Part shown: positions 38,641 to 52,610 of the stretch, piece by piece
How positions within the stretch are numbered: the stretch's first letter is position 1
How the letters are laid out: every line of letters starts with the position of its first letter
Origin: Zootoca vivipara
Lineage: Eukaryota
DNA length: 64,000 nucleotides
Reading direction: 5' to 3'
NCBI RefSeq assembly: GCF_963506605.1
Contig: NC_083288.1
Coordinates: 41,726,001 to 41,790,000 of the forward strand
The notes under the pieces: model-generated
What the model saw: the letters and a program-made list of their open reading frames with translations, nothing else
What the model was told of the DNA's origin: nothing
Database searches by the model: none
Program-made: the position numbers and the translations under genes

Positions 38641-39429
38641 CCATACAAGGGCAACTGTTTGTTCTACACAGAAACCATGATTTCTCTGGCAATAGTATAA
38701 TCAGCTTCTCCAAGACAATAAAAAGTCTCATTTGAATCGTAGTTAAGTTTCCTGAGAGGATGCAATCTGGGAGTATCTCAGACACTATTTAAGTAATTCT
38801 GGTTAAGTTGCAGTATCCTTTGTGTTATGTTGCCAATTGCCAGTAAAAACGCAGAGGGATTTTTGAGGAGCAGCAGATTTAATTATAGACCTGTTAATAA
38901 CCAAGGAGGAATCTAGGTATTCAGTGCTAGGGATTCCCTGTGGAATTTCTGAAGGAAATGTGTTTGTCACATATTCAGGACTGTTATTTTTAATTTCCTT
39001 AATTATATAATAAGGGACCAGTGGTGTATTGGTGAAGTTAGAAGTCAGAAGTTCTTCATAGAAGACCTTGTATCCAATGGAGATCCCAAAAATTAGGATG
39101 GTGGTCAGGATCTTGGGATTTGGCTGAGCAGACCTATATTCACCACACCCATGTGGCATGACTGCAACAGCACGCATAGTAGTTACTTGGGACAAAGCTT
39201 CCATCGGTTTTTTAAATCACTTGTAAAATATGGTGAATTTTACAACAATATCTTTAGTAGTCTGAAATGAAACCTTTAGCTTTCCATTCAAAATTTAAAT
39301 TATTTGTTCCTAAGGGTTCCTTTTTAAACTTTAGTATGGGGGGAGGGGGAGACATTAAATTCAGAGAAGAATGAAGAGTGGCTCTGCTATGGTTCATGCC
39401 CACATAGCTGTCTGTGTTCCTTGTTGGTA

Positions 39430-40245
39430 TCAGGGTACTTTGTCAGGGAGACAAGCTACATGACCTGCTCTATTGACTTGTTCATGCTTTAATTCTTTCT
39501 TAGAATAATTCTTTCTTAGAATAAACTGTCTCCTGCTGTTTAACTCTGGCCTTAGCAAAATGATATAACATTTGGGGGAAAAGATACAGCCCAATAATCC
39601 AAAACAAGAGGCCAAAATAGAAAAGATCTCCACAGCCACCATATACTTTCCCTTGGTACTCAGGTAGGTAGGAACAAAGGACAGCCACACACTGCAAAAA
39701 ACCAACATGCTGAAGGTGATAAACTTGGCTTCATTAAAACTGTTGGGTAACTTCCTGGCTAGGAAGGCTACACTGAAACTAACCATGGCCAAGATTCCCA
39801 TGAAGCCTAGGACACAGTAGAACATGGTGACTGATCCTTCGTTACACTGCAGTACAATTTCTTTAGTCCCTGAGTGCTTGTCTAAATGAGGGAGTGGGGG
39901 AGCAACTATCAGCCAGGCACTGCAAATAATCATTTGAACAAGGAAGCTGAAAAGAACAATAGAGATGGACACATGTTTCCCCACCCATCTCCTCATTCTG
40001 GTCCCTGGCTTGGTAGCCATGAAGGCTAGAACCACTATAATTGTTTTTGCTAAGATGCAAGACACTGCTACTGAGAAGATGACTCCAAAAGCAGTCTGTC
40101 AAAGGAGGCAGGTTATTTTTGTGGGCTGGCCAATGAAGAGCAAAGGACAGAGGAAGAAGAGAATGAGGGCTAGGAGGAGAACATAGGTGAGGGTCCGATT
40201 GTTGGCTTTGATGAGTTTCTTTGTGTTTGATGAAGATCCTAAACA
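39430..40245 (-). pseudogene. Orphan V2R exon-6 (7TM) fragment, copy 2
   Basis: ORF 39430-40065 is near-identical to copy 1. Premature TGA at 40099-40101 in place of the conserved Arg of CLLRQ. The 5' side is fused to a LINE RT fragment. Confidence 0.9.
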
Positions 40246-40900
40246 AGATACAAAGGCTTGTTTAGCCAATGAGGTGTTCGAGGCATCTGTGAGGTTGGTG
40301 ATAAAACACAGAAATCTTAAGTGGGCCCTGGCAGACACAGAAGGTAATTTTACTTCCACTCTTAGGAAAGCTGCTGGAGTACCCTGAGGGAGGCCTAGAA
40401 TTCTTCTGAGATAATTTTTTTGGAAGATTTCAAGCCGTTCCAGCAGCTTCTGATTCCATCCCCAGAGTTCTACCCCATATAGCATCTGGGGAATCACTTT
40501 TCCAACAAAAGCTTTTAGTGCCGGGATCACCAGTTGCCCTCCCCTCGTATTAAAAAAAACTGAGCAAAGTACCGATTGTCCTACGTGTTAGAAGGGTTAC
40601 AGCCTTGAAGTGGGCAAGCCAGCTAGATGTAGCTTGGAAAGTAATACCAAGATATTTTAAAAACGGACACTGTTCATTTATGTGTTCATCTAAAGACCAT
40701 CTAAATGTGTGGCGAGCTCTAGTAAACACCACCATTTTGTTTTGTCATAATTTATCTTTAAAGAGTTTTGGGAACAATAAGCTGCGAGCCCCTCCAGCAT
40801 GCTGTGTAGACCCCTTTGAGTAAGTGCCATGACAGCCATGTCATCAGCATATAAAAATATATTCAGATGTTTGCCTTCCAGGGCAGGAGCTGATGACTTG
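40246..40900 (-). mobile_element. Non-LTR retrotransposon RT fragment (RTE-X-like)
   Basis: YADD motif near 40840-40852, [18 protein letters not shown]. Confidence 0.8.
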
Positions 40901-41267
40901 TACTTGCCATATGTTGAACAATGTCAATAACATATTTTAAAATAAACCAAAAGAATGTGCATTAAACAATAGAGGTGGTCTGTCCATAAATATTAGAATA
41001 TAATGTTTTAGGTAATATCATGAGCACTAGAGAGTATTGTGAATGCAGTGAACTTTTGGAACCTCCACCATGACTTGAGTCCTTGGCTCACATTATGGCA
41101 CAGTGTGGTTTATTTATATAACACTTTTTAGATCATCATCAAAGACCACCAAACCGGTGAGCAACATAAATGCAGCTGTATATATGTTATTAAATGAAAT
41201 CACAAATAGTCATTAAAATCTATAACGCATGTTAAAACAAACCAAAGAAAAGGGAGAACTTGACACC

Positions 41268-41357
41268 TATACCCAGCAGCTGCATGTGGAGGAGCGGAGA
41301 CGCAAACCCGGTTCCCCAGATTATGAGACTACCGCTCTTAACCACTGCACCACACTG
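41268..41357 (-). mobile_element. tRNA-derived squamate SINE head (Squam3-like)
   Basis: Reverse strand reads CAGTGTGGTGCAGTGGTTAAGAGCGGTAG..GAACCGGGTTTGCG (A/B-box-like). Confidence 0.55.
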
Positions 41358-43040
41358 ATCAGAATACATTTTATTCTGACTTCAGCCCATTAATGATTGA
41401 CTTCCCTTACCTTCTATTAAAAGCCATAAAGCAGCTCAATCACAGAATGTAAATTCCCACCAGCAAACAGAGAAACTTTTCTCAATCATAAATTATAGCC
41501 ACCACAGAGATAGTTAGAAAAGGGAGTCTTTTGCAAACCCCATGCCCATCAGGGTTCTTACGTGTTTTGGGGATGAGAAATTAATGTCACTTAATTTTGT
41601 CAGGATTCCTGGGAGCTGACAGCTTCTTGGTCTCCTAACACAGAAAATGACTTTTTCAGAGCACCAGAGGTTAATTCCCTGCACACACTTTTCTCCAGCG
41701 TAAATTCAATAGACTATCTTTATGACTGGCTATCATCATTCACTACATCTAGAAAAAAAATCATATAAGGCAGCTGCTGAATACGTAATTGCAAATATTC
41801 TACTGTACACAGAGAAAAGAGCACAAGATACAGGAAAGGACAGGTTGTTATTTCTTTAATTTTTCTTCCTTATTAGTTGTTCCCTGTTGTTCAGCTCAGG
41901 CCTCAGAAGGATTATATAACATTTTGGGAAGAAGATGCAAACCAGCAGCCCAACACCGGAGGCTAAGATGGAGAAGATCTCCACAGCTACCATATATTTT
42001 CCCTTGGTGCTCAGGTAGGAAGGAATAAAGGACAGCCAAACACTGCAGAAGACCAACATGCTGAAAGTGATGAACTTGGCTTCGTTGAAACTGTCTGGTA
42101 ACTTCCTAGCGAGAAAAGCCACAGCAAAACTTACAGTTGCCAGGAAGCTCATGTAGATGAGGACACAGTAAAACATGGCCACATTCCCCTCATTACATTC
42201 TAGTATAATTTCTTCTGTCATTGAGTGCATGTCCACATCGGGGTATGGGGGAGAGGTTGCCAGCCACACAGTACATATCCCTGCTTGAACTATGGAGCAG
42301 GAAATGAGAATGGAGTACCCCAGTCCTTTCCCCACCCATTTCCTCATCCTGGATTCTGGTTTTGTAGCCATGAAGGCCAAAACCACCGTGAAAGTTTTTG
42401 CCAGGACACAAGAAACAGCGGTTGAGAAGATGATGCCAAAAGCTGTTTGTCGGAGGAGGCAGGTCACCTTCTCTGGTCGGCCAATGAAGAGCAATGCACA
42501 AAGGAAGCAGAGCAGGAGAGAGATGAGGAGAGCGTAGGTGAGGTTTCGGTTGTTTGCAATGACAATGGGTGTGTTGTGGTGTTTCATAAATGTACCTAGT
42601 ACCAGGGCTGTGATCAAGGAAAGGGAAAGAGAGAAACAGGCTAAACTGATGCCCAGAGGTTCTTCATAAGACAAGAAGCTGATATCCTTGGGTAGACATG
42701 CATCCCGGTTCTTGCTTGGATATTCTTTGTCTGGGCATTTATTACAGTCATTCATATCTGGAAAAAAATAAGGAAATGACTTTTAGCTCATATCATGTCA
42801 GCTTCCTGAAATGTTGACTAGTTGTCAGAGAAGAAAAGAGCTGTGCTCAAATTAAAACACATGTTTAATACTGTCTGATGTTCTGTAATGTATTGTTGGA
42901 TTTAATCGGTTCAGAGCTATTTGGTCTGTAAATGGCACAGCCAGGGCTATTTCCTCCACCTGATTTTGTAACGTATCATTACACTAGCCTGGGTGCAGCC
43001 TGTGTTCATTCATTAATAAGGATTGAAATAGCCCCTTCTA

Positions 43041-45100
43041 GGACTTCCAGGGTATTGCAAATGGCTGCGGAGGGCGGGTCTTGATCATCAAGGGGTGAAA
43101 GGGGGAAACACAAAGGCACTGTGAACCCCTAGAAGAGGCTCAAAAGGGAATTCTGGGCACTGGTTTCAGTGGCGCTGAATTTTGTGCTCTCCAAACTCTT
43201 TCTGAGGCTCTGAAAGATGTGAACGGGGTGGGGTCGAGTCTGAGCGAAAAGCACTATTAATGATGACAAACTCCCGATGAGAAGCCTCAGGCTCCAGCAA
43301 CGGTGGATTAGGCTTGGGGAAGAAAGCGGAAGAATATTTTGACTTTGAGACCTTTTTTTTTATTTTCCCCTTTCTTCATTACCCTTTGCTTCAGTCCCCC
43401 CCCCCCCCCGGATTACCAATGGTGGCAGTCTAAGCCGCTTTAGAGGATAACCTCACTTAACTAATTAACAGGAAACACCATATAGATTCAACAATGGAAG
43501 CAGAAAGGAAAGGGAAAGAAGAAAGGAGGGAGGAGCGGGTGAGGAGAGAGGAGAAGAAAGGAAAGGAGGACATCTCGTGGTGAAAAGAAGTAATTGCAGG
43601 AATGGAAAAAAAATACGGTAGTTGTTTTTTCCCTGGCTATATCCATTTGAATTTGCTTTACCTCTCTTAAACAAAGGAGAGGAAGGCAGGAACTGAAACA
43701 GGGGAAGCAGGGGTCCCAGAGGAAAAGAGGGAAACATAAGAGTAAATGCATAAAATAATTTAAGGGAAATTAATATAAGAAAAAAAGTTTCTTTTTGAAA
43801 ATCAAAGTCAAAATCAGTGTCAGGAAGTGACCACACAGACAGGAAGGGGATCTGCAATAGAGACAGAAACAAAGGTGGCTATTGCAGACATTTTGATGGA
43901 TTTGGGGGGGGAAAAGATTTAAGAGAAAATACAGACCAATTGGATAAAATGTCTGGGAAAATAGAACAGAACACCAAGACTGTGGAGGGATTAATGGGAC
44001 AGATTAAGCAATTTATGACAAAGATGGCAGATTTAACAAAAATCCATGCCAGAGTTAAGGGGAAAAACCCCAAGGCTTAGAGAAAACCAGAAAAAGGACA
44101 CAAGCAGAAGGAAAAAAGATGAAAAGGGAACAGGAAAAGATAAAAGAGTATATGACTGAAAACAGGAGGCAACATGGAGATGCAGCAAAAGGAGCTGTTT
44201 TTACGTTATAGAGGGATCCCAGAGGAGGAGGAGGACATAAGAGAGAGAATTATATCAGAGATTGTTGAAGGCCAGCAAGGCTGAACCTGATGTAAACTGC
44301 CAACTAAAACCGGTTGGACACAGCAGAGTATGCGCAGATACACAGGAAGGTTCTTGGCTGCAAAAAAGGTTGGCAAGTAGAATGGACGCAGGAACTCACT
44401 GCCACTATGTACAACTTTATTTACAGCAGTCTCCAGAATATATACAAACTTGAATCTTTGGAAAAACAATAAACAGTACAAATCCTTTCCTCTCACTACT
44501 CTCTCTATACAACCTTCTCCAACAAGATCACATACTGATGGGAGTTCTCTGAAGGTGTCTCTTTCACATATAAAGGGAAAAAACAAAGATGTAAAAGTAT
44601 ACAAGACATGGAGAAGTTCTGGAGGAAATATGAGAAAGAACTGGGAAGGAAAAAACCTGAAGCACTTGGTGGAGGAGGAGAAACAGATTCGACTGGAAAG
44701 GAGGAAGAATGGCAGGAAGAAGATAAGCAACAAGATATCAATTGACTGTTTATAAAATATTTAAATAAAACCAAAAATGAATGTGAAAATCTTAACCTGG
44801 AATGTAAATGGACTAAGAATCAATTAATAAGGAATAAAATTGAACACATATTACAAGGAGAAAATTTGGATATTACTGGTTTGCAAGAAACTCATGTTGC
44901 AAGAAAACATAGAAAACTATTGATAAATAAAAGATTCGGGATGGATTTCATAGCATTAGACAAGACAAAAAATGATGTGTGGTAATTTATGCAACAGGAA
45001 TATGCAATGCTAAACAGTTATTTAAAGATGAGGATGGAAGAATGATGGCTATACAGATAACATTACAAGGTGAATTTTTTTTGATAATTGGAATCAATGC
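43041..45100 (+). mobile_element. Old L1 5' portion with partial solo LTR in gene D intron 5
   Basis: Collinear with 28507-31625 with internal deletions; LTR piece ~44263-44523. Confidence 0.85.
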
Positions 45101-45394
45101 CCAAACACCTCTCAATCTATTTATTTCTCCTACCATCCTGGTTTGCAATCTTCCCCTCTGGACATGGGATGCAATCGTAGCAGCAAGGTGGCTGTCCCTC
45201 CTTCACTTTCTTGCTGGATCCCGGAAGACATCTCCCAGTACATACAGAAAGAGGCTGAGTCTAATCCATAAATGAAAGAGCAGAAGGGTCATCAAGAGAC
45301 TAATGAGTTTGGAACCCTTTATGATCCCGGGCCTTTCTCTATGTGACTAAACTGACACAGACTTTCAGTAATGTGTAATTGCAATACAAAGAGC

Positions 45395-45677
45395 GACAAG
45401 AAGGGCGATTTACATTGTCACGTGACTTTGGCACTGACCCACCGGAAAGCAATATTTCTCCTCCTCTTTACCAAAGCTCAGTGCAAACGAGCCTGGCGGC
45501 CGCCAATACTCAACACTAACCTGCCGGAAAGCAATATTTGGCAAGTGTTTCTTACAGTCATAATTATAATACAGGGCGGCACAGAGTTAAATTTTTTAAC
45601 TTTTTTAATGGTGGTGTGCCTCGTGATTTTTTTCACTTACAAGTGTGCCGTGGCCCAAAAAAGGTTGAGAAACACTG
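45395..45677. mobile_element. hAT-like DNA transposon fragment specific to D
   Basis: Ends GTGTGCCGTGGCCCAAAAAAGGTTGAGAAACACTG; not present in B, C or F intron 4. Confidence 0.65.
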
Positions 45678-48677
45678 TATTAAGGTACACTTTGAAGTAG
45701 TTTCCCTGTTAATTTTGTTATAATTGATACTTTTGAGTAGACAGTTCTAGAACTGATTTTGGTGCAGGTGGCTACACCTATTCTTGGACCCATCAGATGC
45801 TGCCTGGAGTAGAGTTCCGAAAAACTGATATTCTACCTGGACCTAATGACCCACAATCAGATGAAGGATTGTGTGATGCAAAAACCACATTTGCTTGGAT
45901 GCAGCTTGTAGTGGGGTCTGTGAATGGTTTGGATTAGGGAGAGAAAACCTAGCTTTTCTTATTTTCATCTGAAGTAGGATCCCCCTAAAGTCTATTCACA
46001 CTGTTAGCCATTCTTAACTTTATTTTGTAATAAAAGGGTTCTTCTGTTTTGTAACCTCCTTAATAAAATATTGGTCTTCTAGCAGTAAACCTTTGGCTCT
46101 TAATCTGGTACCTGAATGCTCTGGTCATACAACACTCATCAATTTCCGACTCAAAAGACAGTGAGTAGACCTGCAGGTGGATAATGATTGCTTATTCAAT
46201 ACTGAATCTCTTTTGAATTAGCAAACAATGCAACTCTACCTGGTTAAACCAACTGTGCCATGTGATGGCATCTTCATCAAGGAGCAATGATTGGTCTGGT
46301 GGAGCCTGTGGATCTATCCTCCCAACTCTCACTCTCTGCAAACTTTGGTTGGTGAATATAATCCAATTGACAATATCCAAGCTAGATGATGCCTCTCCAT
46401 TCTGGTTGATGAAGACCACATCTCTGGCCGTATTGTTAAATGAGATACTTCTCAGAAAGTGATGGAGCTACATTAAAAACAGAAAAGACAAGGGTTTGGA
46501 AAAGACTGCAGTTGAATGCACGGAGGAGCATTTTCCCCTATGAGCAGAACCTACAGCAAATGATATGGGGTGATTCAGTCAACTATCAGTGGATTCAGGT
46601 CCAAGCTTGGAGAGAGTCAACCAATTTTCTTTCACACATTTTCTTTCTCAGTCTTCCTTACAACCCGTCTACCTATGAAAGTCCACAAGTTAAATATGTG
46701 TGAGTAGCGAGGTTTTTCTCTCTACTCCTCCTCCTCCCCTTCACTGAACTTCTCGGAAGACGCGGCAGTGGTGTGTGACCACCAGTTCCAAGGAAGGATT
46801 TTGTTGATATGGGATGGAGGGAATGCTGAACATCTCTCTCAACCATTACCTCACCTTAGTATATATGATTGCAGTGGCACCTCTCTGGGCTGTAAAGCTT
46901 CCCTTATACAAATGCTTTCTCTTCACACACAGGATGGTACAGTCAAACCTTGGAATTCAAATGTAATCTGTTCTGGAAGGACTTTCAACTTCTGAAATGT
47001 TTGATTTCCGAGTCATACCTATTGGTTCTTTCAATTCCGGTTTGTAAACCGGAACACTTAATCTGCGCTTTCAATGTTTGGGAACTGAAACGTTTGGCAA
47101 CGGAGATGATCAGAAACCAATCTTTGAATGGAATGGGATATCATGGGACCACAAAGCTTCCCTCATACCAATGCCTTCTGCTCAAACACAGGGCAGTACC
47201 TGCTCAAATAAGGACACAACCATCACTTCCCTTCCCTATAGGGTCTACTGCCATTTGCAAGCAGAACAATATACAGGGAATCATCTAGGATACCATCATA
47301 TCAGTGCCACCTCTTACTTTGTCTGCAGAATTATAAATTCAGTTCTGGGTTCTTCTTCCTCATGCACTAGTTCAACTGTTTGAACTCTGAGAGGAAAGAG
47401 CAAGCTGAAAGCATTTTGGGAACCCATACAGTGTCAGAAAGTAACAGGGCTTCGTGAGTTGAGGATGTTCAGCCTTTACCTGCCAAAACTGTGGATTTGG
47501 ATTCTTCCTTCTCCCTCCGTACACCATTCCTCTGTGTCTGAGTCTGGATGTGGACATGGCATGTAAAGCATGGGCCATGGCGTAGACAGCACTGTGGATG
47601 CTGTAACTGTGGCCTGTCATGCTCATTTCAAAAAGTGATCCAGGAAGGTTCTCCAGCTTCTCTTCTCCTGTGCAAATATTCCCCACCACCTTGTCTGAAG
47701 TGATATCTGGGAATTCACATCCAAAGGTCTGTTGCCAGAAGTCCCTGATAAAACCGTCCCCTTCTGTGGTGGAAGGGTTTCTGTGCAGAACATATTGATG
47801 AAATCCTGGTAGGTTTCTGAAGTGAATTTCAAAGGCTATAGCACCATTGAATATTCCTGAATCCCAGTCCCTTTGAAAGACATATGAAGCAAACTCAACT
47901 TTGGCTGTTGATATCCATACTTTACTTCTTACATTATTTCTTATGTCATCATGTTCTGATAGGTAAGGAAGCCATCTAAAAGTTCCCATGGAACAAGATT
48001 CCCCATAGGCAACCACTACGTTAGCTTTGCTGCTAAAAATATTCTGGCTTATTGTTGCACCCTGTTCTAGCATTCCATTAATTTCAGAAATAAACTATAT
48101 TTTGGAATTTTTTCTATGAATGCAAAGCAGACACCACTCTTGGTAAACATTGGGAAAATGGTTTGTACAAATCTTTCTCCCTTGTCATTATCTGTTGCAA
48201 TGACTCCAATCCACGTCCACCTGAAATGCAGAAGCAAAGAGAGAATCCCCTTGTACTGAAGGGCTTCTGGGGCTGCCATCTGGTAGAAGGGAAGCCCTGG
48301 GCTTTTCTCATTCATCACTGGAGCAGAGCCATAAATGAGCTAAAGTGGGAATGGAGGAAGAGAAGAGACCAAGTAATATTTGCAGAGCTCTTTTAAACTA
48401 TTCATATATATTATGTAGTGAATCCTGTTAGTCAGATATGCCCTTTTCCACCCACCAGGCATTGCATGCCCTCTCCAATTCATACAAAAGACACACATGC
48501 AGATGGGCTGAAAATTGAGGTCATATTCCATTCCTGCTTGTAAAACATTTGTTCTGTTGACCTGAGAGGGGCATTTCCCCTATTATATTCTTAAAAAAAC
48601 AAAGAAATCCCCTTTGTGTACTTTCCCAATTGGGCAGGGCAAAGCTGACTGGAGGGACACACCATGCCCTAAACAGA

Positions 48678-48678
<1 letters not shown>

Positions 48679-48721
<43 letters not shown>

Positions 48722-49528
48722 TTATTATATATACCCTGCCCATCTGGCTGAGTCTCCCCAGCCACTCTGGGTGGCTCCCAATTGAATATTAAAACAATAT
48801 AGCAATAAATATTAAAAGCTTCCCTAAACAGGGCTGCCTTCAGATGTATTTTAAAATTAGGATAGCTACTGTACTTATTTCCTTGACATCTGATGGAAGG
48901 GCATTCCACAGGGCGTGTGCTGCTACCCTCTGTCTGGTTCCCTGAAACCTCAATTCTCACAATGAGGGAACCACCAGAAGGCCCTCAGCGCTGGATCTCA
49001 GTGTCCGGGCTGAACGGTGGGGGTGGATACGCTCCTTCAGGTGTACAGGGCCAAGGCCATTTAGGGCTTTAAACGTCAACACCAACACTTTGAGCTATGC
49101 TTGGAAATGTACTGGGAGCCAGTGTAGATCTCTCAGGACAGGTGTTATGTGGTCCCAGTCACCAGTCTAACTGCCGCATTCTGGATTAGTTGCAGTTTCC
49201 GGGTCACCTTCAAAGGTAGCCCCATGTAGAGTGAGTAATCCAAGCAGGAGATAACTAGAGCATGCACCACTCTGGCGTGACAGTCCACCGGCAGGTAGGG
49301 ACTCAGCCTGCGTACCAGATGGAGCTGATAAGCAGCTGCCCTGGACACAGAATTGACCTGTGCCTCCATGGACAGCTGTGAGTCCAAAATGCCTCTCGGG
49401 GTGTGCACCTGGTCCTTCAGGGGCACAATTACCCCATTCAGGACCAGGGAGTCCCCCACACCTGCCCGCCTCCTGTCCCCACAAACAGTACTTCTGTCTT
49501 GTCAGGATTCAACCTCAATCTGTTAGAC
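48679..49528 (-). mobile_element. L2 LINE 3' part with (TAA)n tail, specific to gene D intron 2
   Basis: LDSQLSMEAQV..VVHALVISCLDY..LQLIQNAAVRLVTG; (TAA)n 48679-48720. Confidence 0.9.
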
Positions 49529-50452
49529 ATTATTTACTGCAGCCACATCAGAATTGCAACTTGGGTCAGATACACATTTCTTGCTGGATTTTTTTTTTGT
49601 CTTAATTATGCACATATCCTAGCACACTTCCCTTTCTGCCTCTTTCTCAAGACTTCTTAGACTTTGTCTATGAACATTTATTTCACTTTGGAACCAGCTG
49701 CTCAATACTATTGCTGTTCTCCTGCAGAACTGGACTCTATCTGCAATTTGCCATAACTCCAGAGTGTGTTTAATTTGAAAGCCCTTTCCCCCTAAGCATT
49801 CACATATTGGGTGTGGTGTTCTGAAGAGGAATAATTATTGTACTTTGACTTCCTTGTGAATTTTTATCCTGTAAGCAATTCCCCCACAACTCAATTCAGA
49901 TACCCTTCTCATTAAGCAGGAAATGCTTCATATCCAAAAATGACTGGTGAGGGTGGAGTGCATGGTTCTGCCCCCAATTTCATCCTCGCCCTGAAGTGGG
50001 GATACACTCTGAACTGGTGCTGTGAATTCCGCCTCATTCTCTATGCAAGCTAAGAGAGGTACTGTCTTACCTGTGGAATCTTATAGATATCCAACACTGT
50101 TGCCACATAAAAGGAGATTTCAGAATTAAGTCCCCCAACGACCCCAGCCAGATTATTTTCAACATCACATGTGTAGTTTGGGACAAATTTCTCCACCCTG
50201 GATAAAAGCAGCAGTGTGGCAAGATATGTGCTCCTTGCATTGTCATAGCTGTCATATAAGCGAAACCCCAAGGTGATATTGGGTAAGATGTGAGGGTCTT
50301 CATTGATCTCCTTGACTGCAAATGCCAAGGCCACAATGTGCTGGTAAAGCTTAGGCACTACCCTAGAATGAGAGTTGTAAACAGTATCAGAAGGAACAGA
50401 TATAATTAGGAATAGTTAATCATATAGAGTTCAGTGAAGTTAACTCCCTGTC

Positions 50453-51030
50453 CATTCCACTGCTGAACAGTTCTAATAATCAGCAAGTTCTTCCTCATGT
50501 TTACACAGAATCTCCTGTCTTGCAACTTGAATCCATTGGTTTTGGTCTTACCCTCTGAAGCAAGAGAAAACAAGCTTGCTCCATCTTCCTGGTGCCAGCC
50601 CTTGAGATATTTGAAAATGGCTATCCTATATCCCCTCAGTCTTCTAATTTCATAGCTCAACATACCAACCCCCCTCAACTTTTCCTCATAAGGTTTGGCT
50701 TCTGACCCTAGAACATATGTGTCCGCCTCTTCTGCACATGTTGTAGCTTCTCAGTATCCTTCTTAAATTTTGGTTAGCACAACTGAACACAATACACTAG
50801 GTGTGTTCTGTGCAATGCAGAAGAGATCTCTTCTGGGTTTTTTGTTTTGTTTTATTGAGGCACTATGCTTCTGTTGATGCCGACACAACCCTTTTCAGGT
50901 GTACTACCGGCAATCCAGGTGTTCCCCATCTTATATTTGTGCAGCTGGTATTTTCTGCCTAAGTGCAGAACCTGACATTTGTCCCTATAGAAATTCATTT
51001 TCTTTGTTTTCTCCAAGTTCTCCATTCAGT
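50453..51030 (-). mobile_element. CR1 fragment in gene D intron 1
   Basis: [22 protein letters not shown]; collinear with the copy in C. Confidence 0.85.
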
Positions 51031-52377
51031 TAAGGGCAATGGTATCTAGACCAAAGGTTGCTCATCTGGTGCTCATAGGAACTTTGAAACATCTGAAGTC
51101 TTTTCCTGAAATTTTCAAAGTTTCAGAGCTCTCTCCTGCCAATGACCCCTTCCTTACTCATGAGGCAGAGATGGTGGCTGTAATTACCAGAATTCTCTAC
51201 TTCATAATATATGTCATCATTGTGAAACAAACTTTAACCTAAGATCAGGAAATGAAACAATATGAGCATTCCGGTTCTGTAAGGCTTTTTCATTCATTTT
51301 CACTAACACTCCTGTTTCAATAAAGTCTATCAAAATCGGCTGTTCAAAAGGGCTGTCTCAGACACATAAATATGTACCAGTATGCATTTCAATACATTTA
51401 TATTCATTTCCCTATCAAGAAATGGGAGCTTCTAGAGAATTATCTTAATTCAGAAAACATTCCTATGTATTTTTACATCAGCATATGTCCCAATGAAATC
51501 GAAACTGGTTATCACTAGGTTAATCGGTAGACGTTTGCGGTCTAAGTTGTTATGCTGAGGCTGCAACTCTAGGTTTGATCATTTCTCTGCAGTAATAAAT
51601 GAGTGACTTAGTTCTCACACAAGCTCTTCAGGCAGCGCTGGTGGGGGTTCCTCAGTGAATGTTGCTGGAGAGGAGATGAAGCCACCCTGGGAAATAATGC
51701 CACCAATGAGGAATTCTCCTGGCTGATGGTACGTTTGAAGTGGACGGTGTGGACTTTGTAGCCTGCATCTTTCTATGTGAGCCTGACATACTTTGTAAGA
51801 AAACAGTTGCAGCAGCAAGACCACTAAAACCACCATCCATAGAAGGGCAACTGTTTGTTCTACACAGAAACCATGATTTCTCTGGCAATAGTATAATGAG
51901 CTTCTCCAAGTTAAAAAATGTCTCATTTGAATCATAGTTAAGTTTCCTGAGAGGATGCAATCTGAGAGTATCCCAGACACTATTTAAGGAATCCTGGTTA
52001 AATTGCAGTATCCTTTGTGTCATGTTGCCAGTTGCCAGTGAAAATGCAGAGGGATTTTTGAGGAGCAGCAGATTTAATTATAGACCTGTTAATAACCAAG
52101 GAGGAATCTAGGTATTCATTGCTAGGGATTCCCTGTGGAATAGCTGAAGGAAATGTGTTTGTCGCATATTCAGGACTGTTATTTTTAATTTCCTTAATTA
52201 CATATTAAGGGACCAGTGGTGTATTGGTGAAGTTAGAAGTTCTTCATAGAAGACCTTGTATCCAATGGAGAAACCGATATGTAGTATGGTGTAGTCAGGA
52301 TCCTGGGATTTGACTGAGCAGACCTGGATTCACACCAGCCACGTAACATGACTGCAAACCTACGCGTAGCAGTTACT

Positions 52378-52554
52378 TGGGACTAAGCTTCCATGGTTTT
52401 TTTAAAAAATCACTTGTAAAATATGGTGAATTTTACAACAATATCTTTAGTAGTTCTTTAATTCCTCCTTTAATTCAAAGAACTACTAAAGATATTGTTG
52501 TAAAATTCACCATATTTTACAAGTGATTAAAAAAACCATGGAAGCTTAGTCCCA
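52378..52554. repeat. Fold-back inverted repeat (~80-bp arms)
   Basis: 52378-52459 is the reverse complement of 52477-52554 apart from a few bases in an A/T run. Confidence 0.93.
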
Positions 52555-52610
52555 TGTAAGAAATCAGTTTCAGCAGCAAGACCACTAAAACCACCATCCA
52601 TACGAGGGCA

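Larger units (their letters stand above)
41856..51836 (-). pseudogene. Vmn2r: V2R gene D with a 1-bp frameshift in exon 3 (young pseudogene or assembly error)
   Basis: e1 51619-51836, e2 50071-50362, e3 47480-48339 (860 bp vs 861 in C and F), e4 46240-46467, e5 45134-45260, e6 41856-42757. Exon 3 is split into ORFs 48067-48318 and 47372-48073 by loss of one A near 48092. Confidence 0.85.

Noticed and set aside
40099-40530. In-frame RT-V2R transmembrane fusion ORF
   Set aside because: Junction of two broken fragments; it stops at a premature TGA and has no evident promoter or true start.
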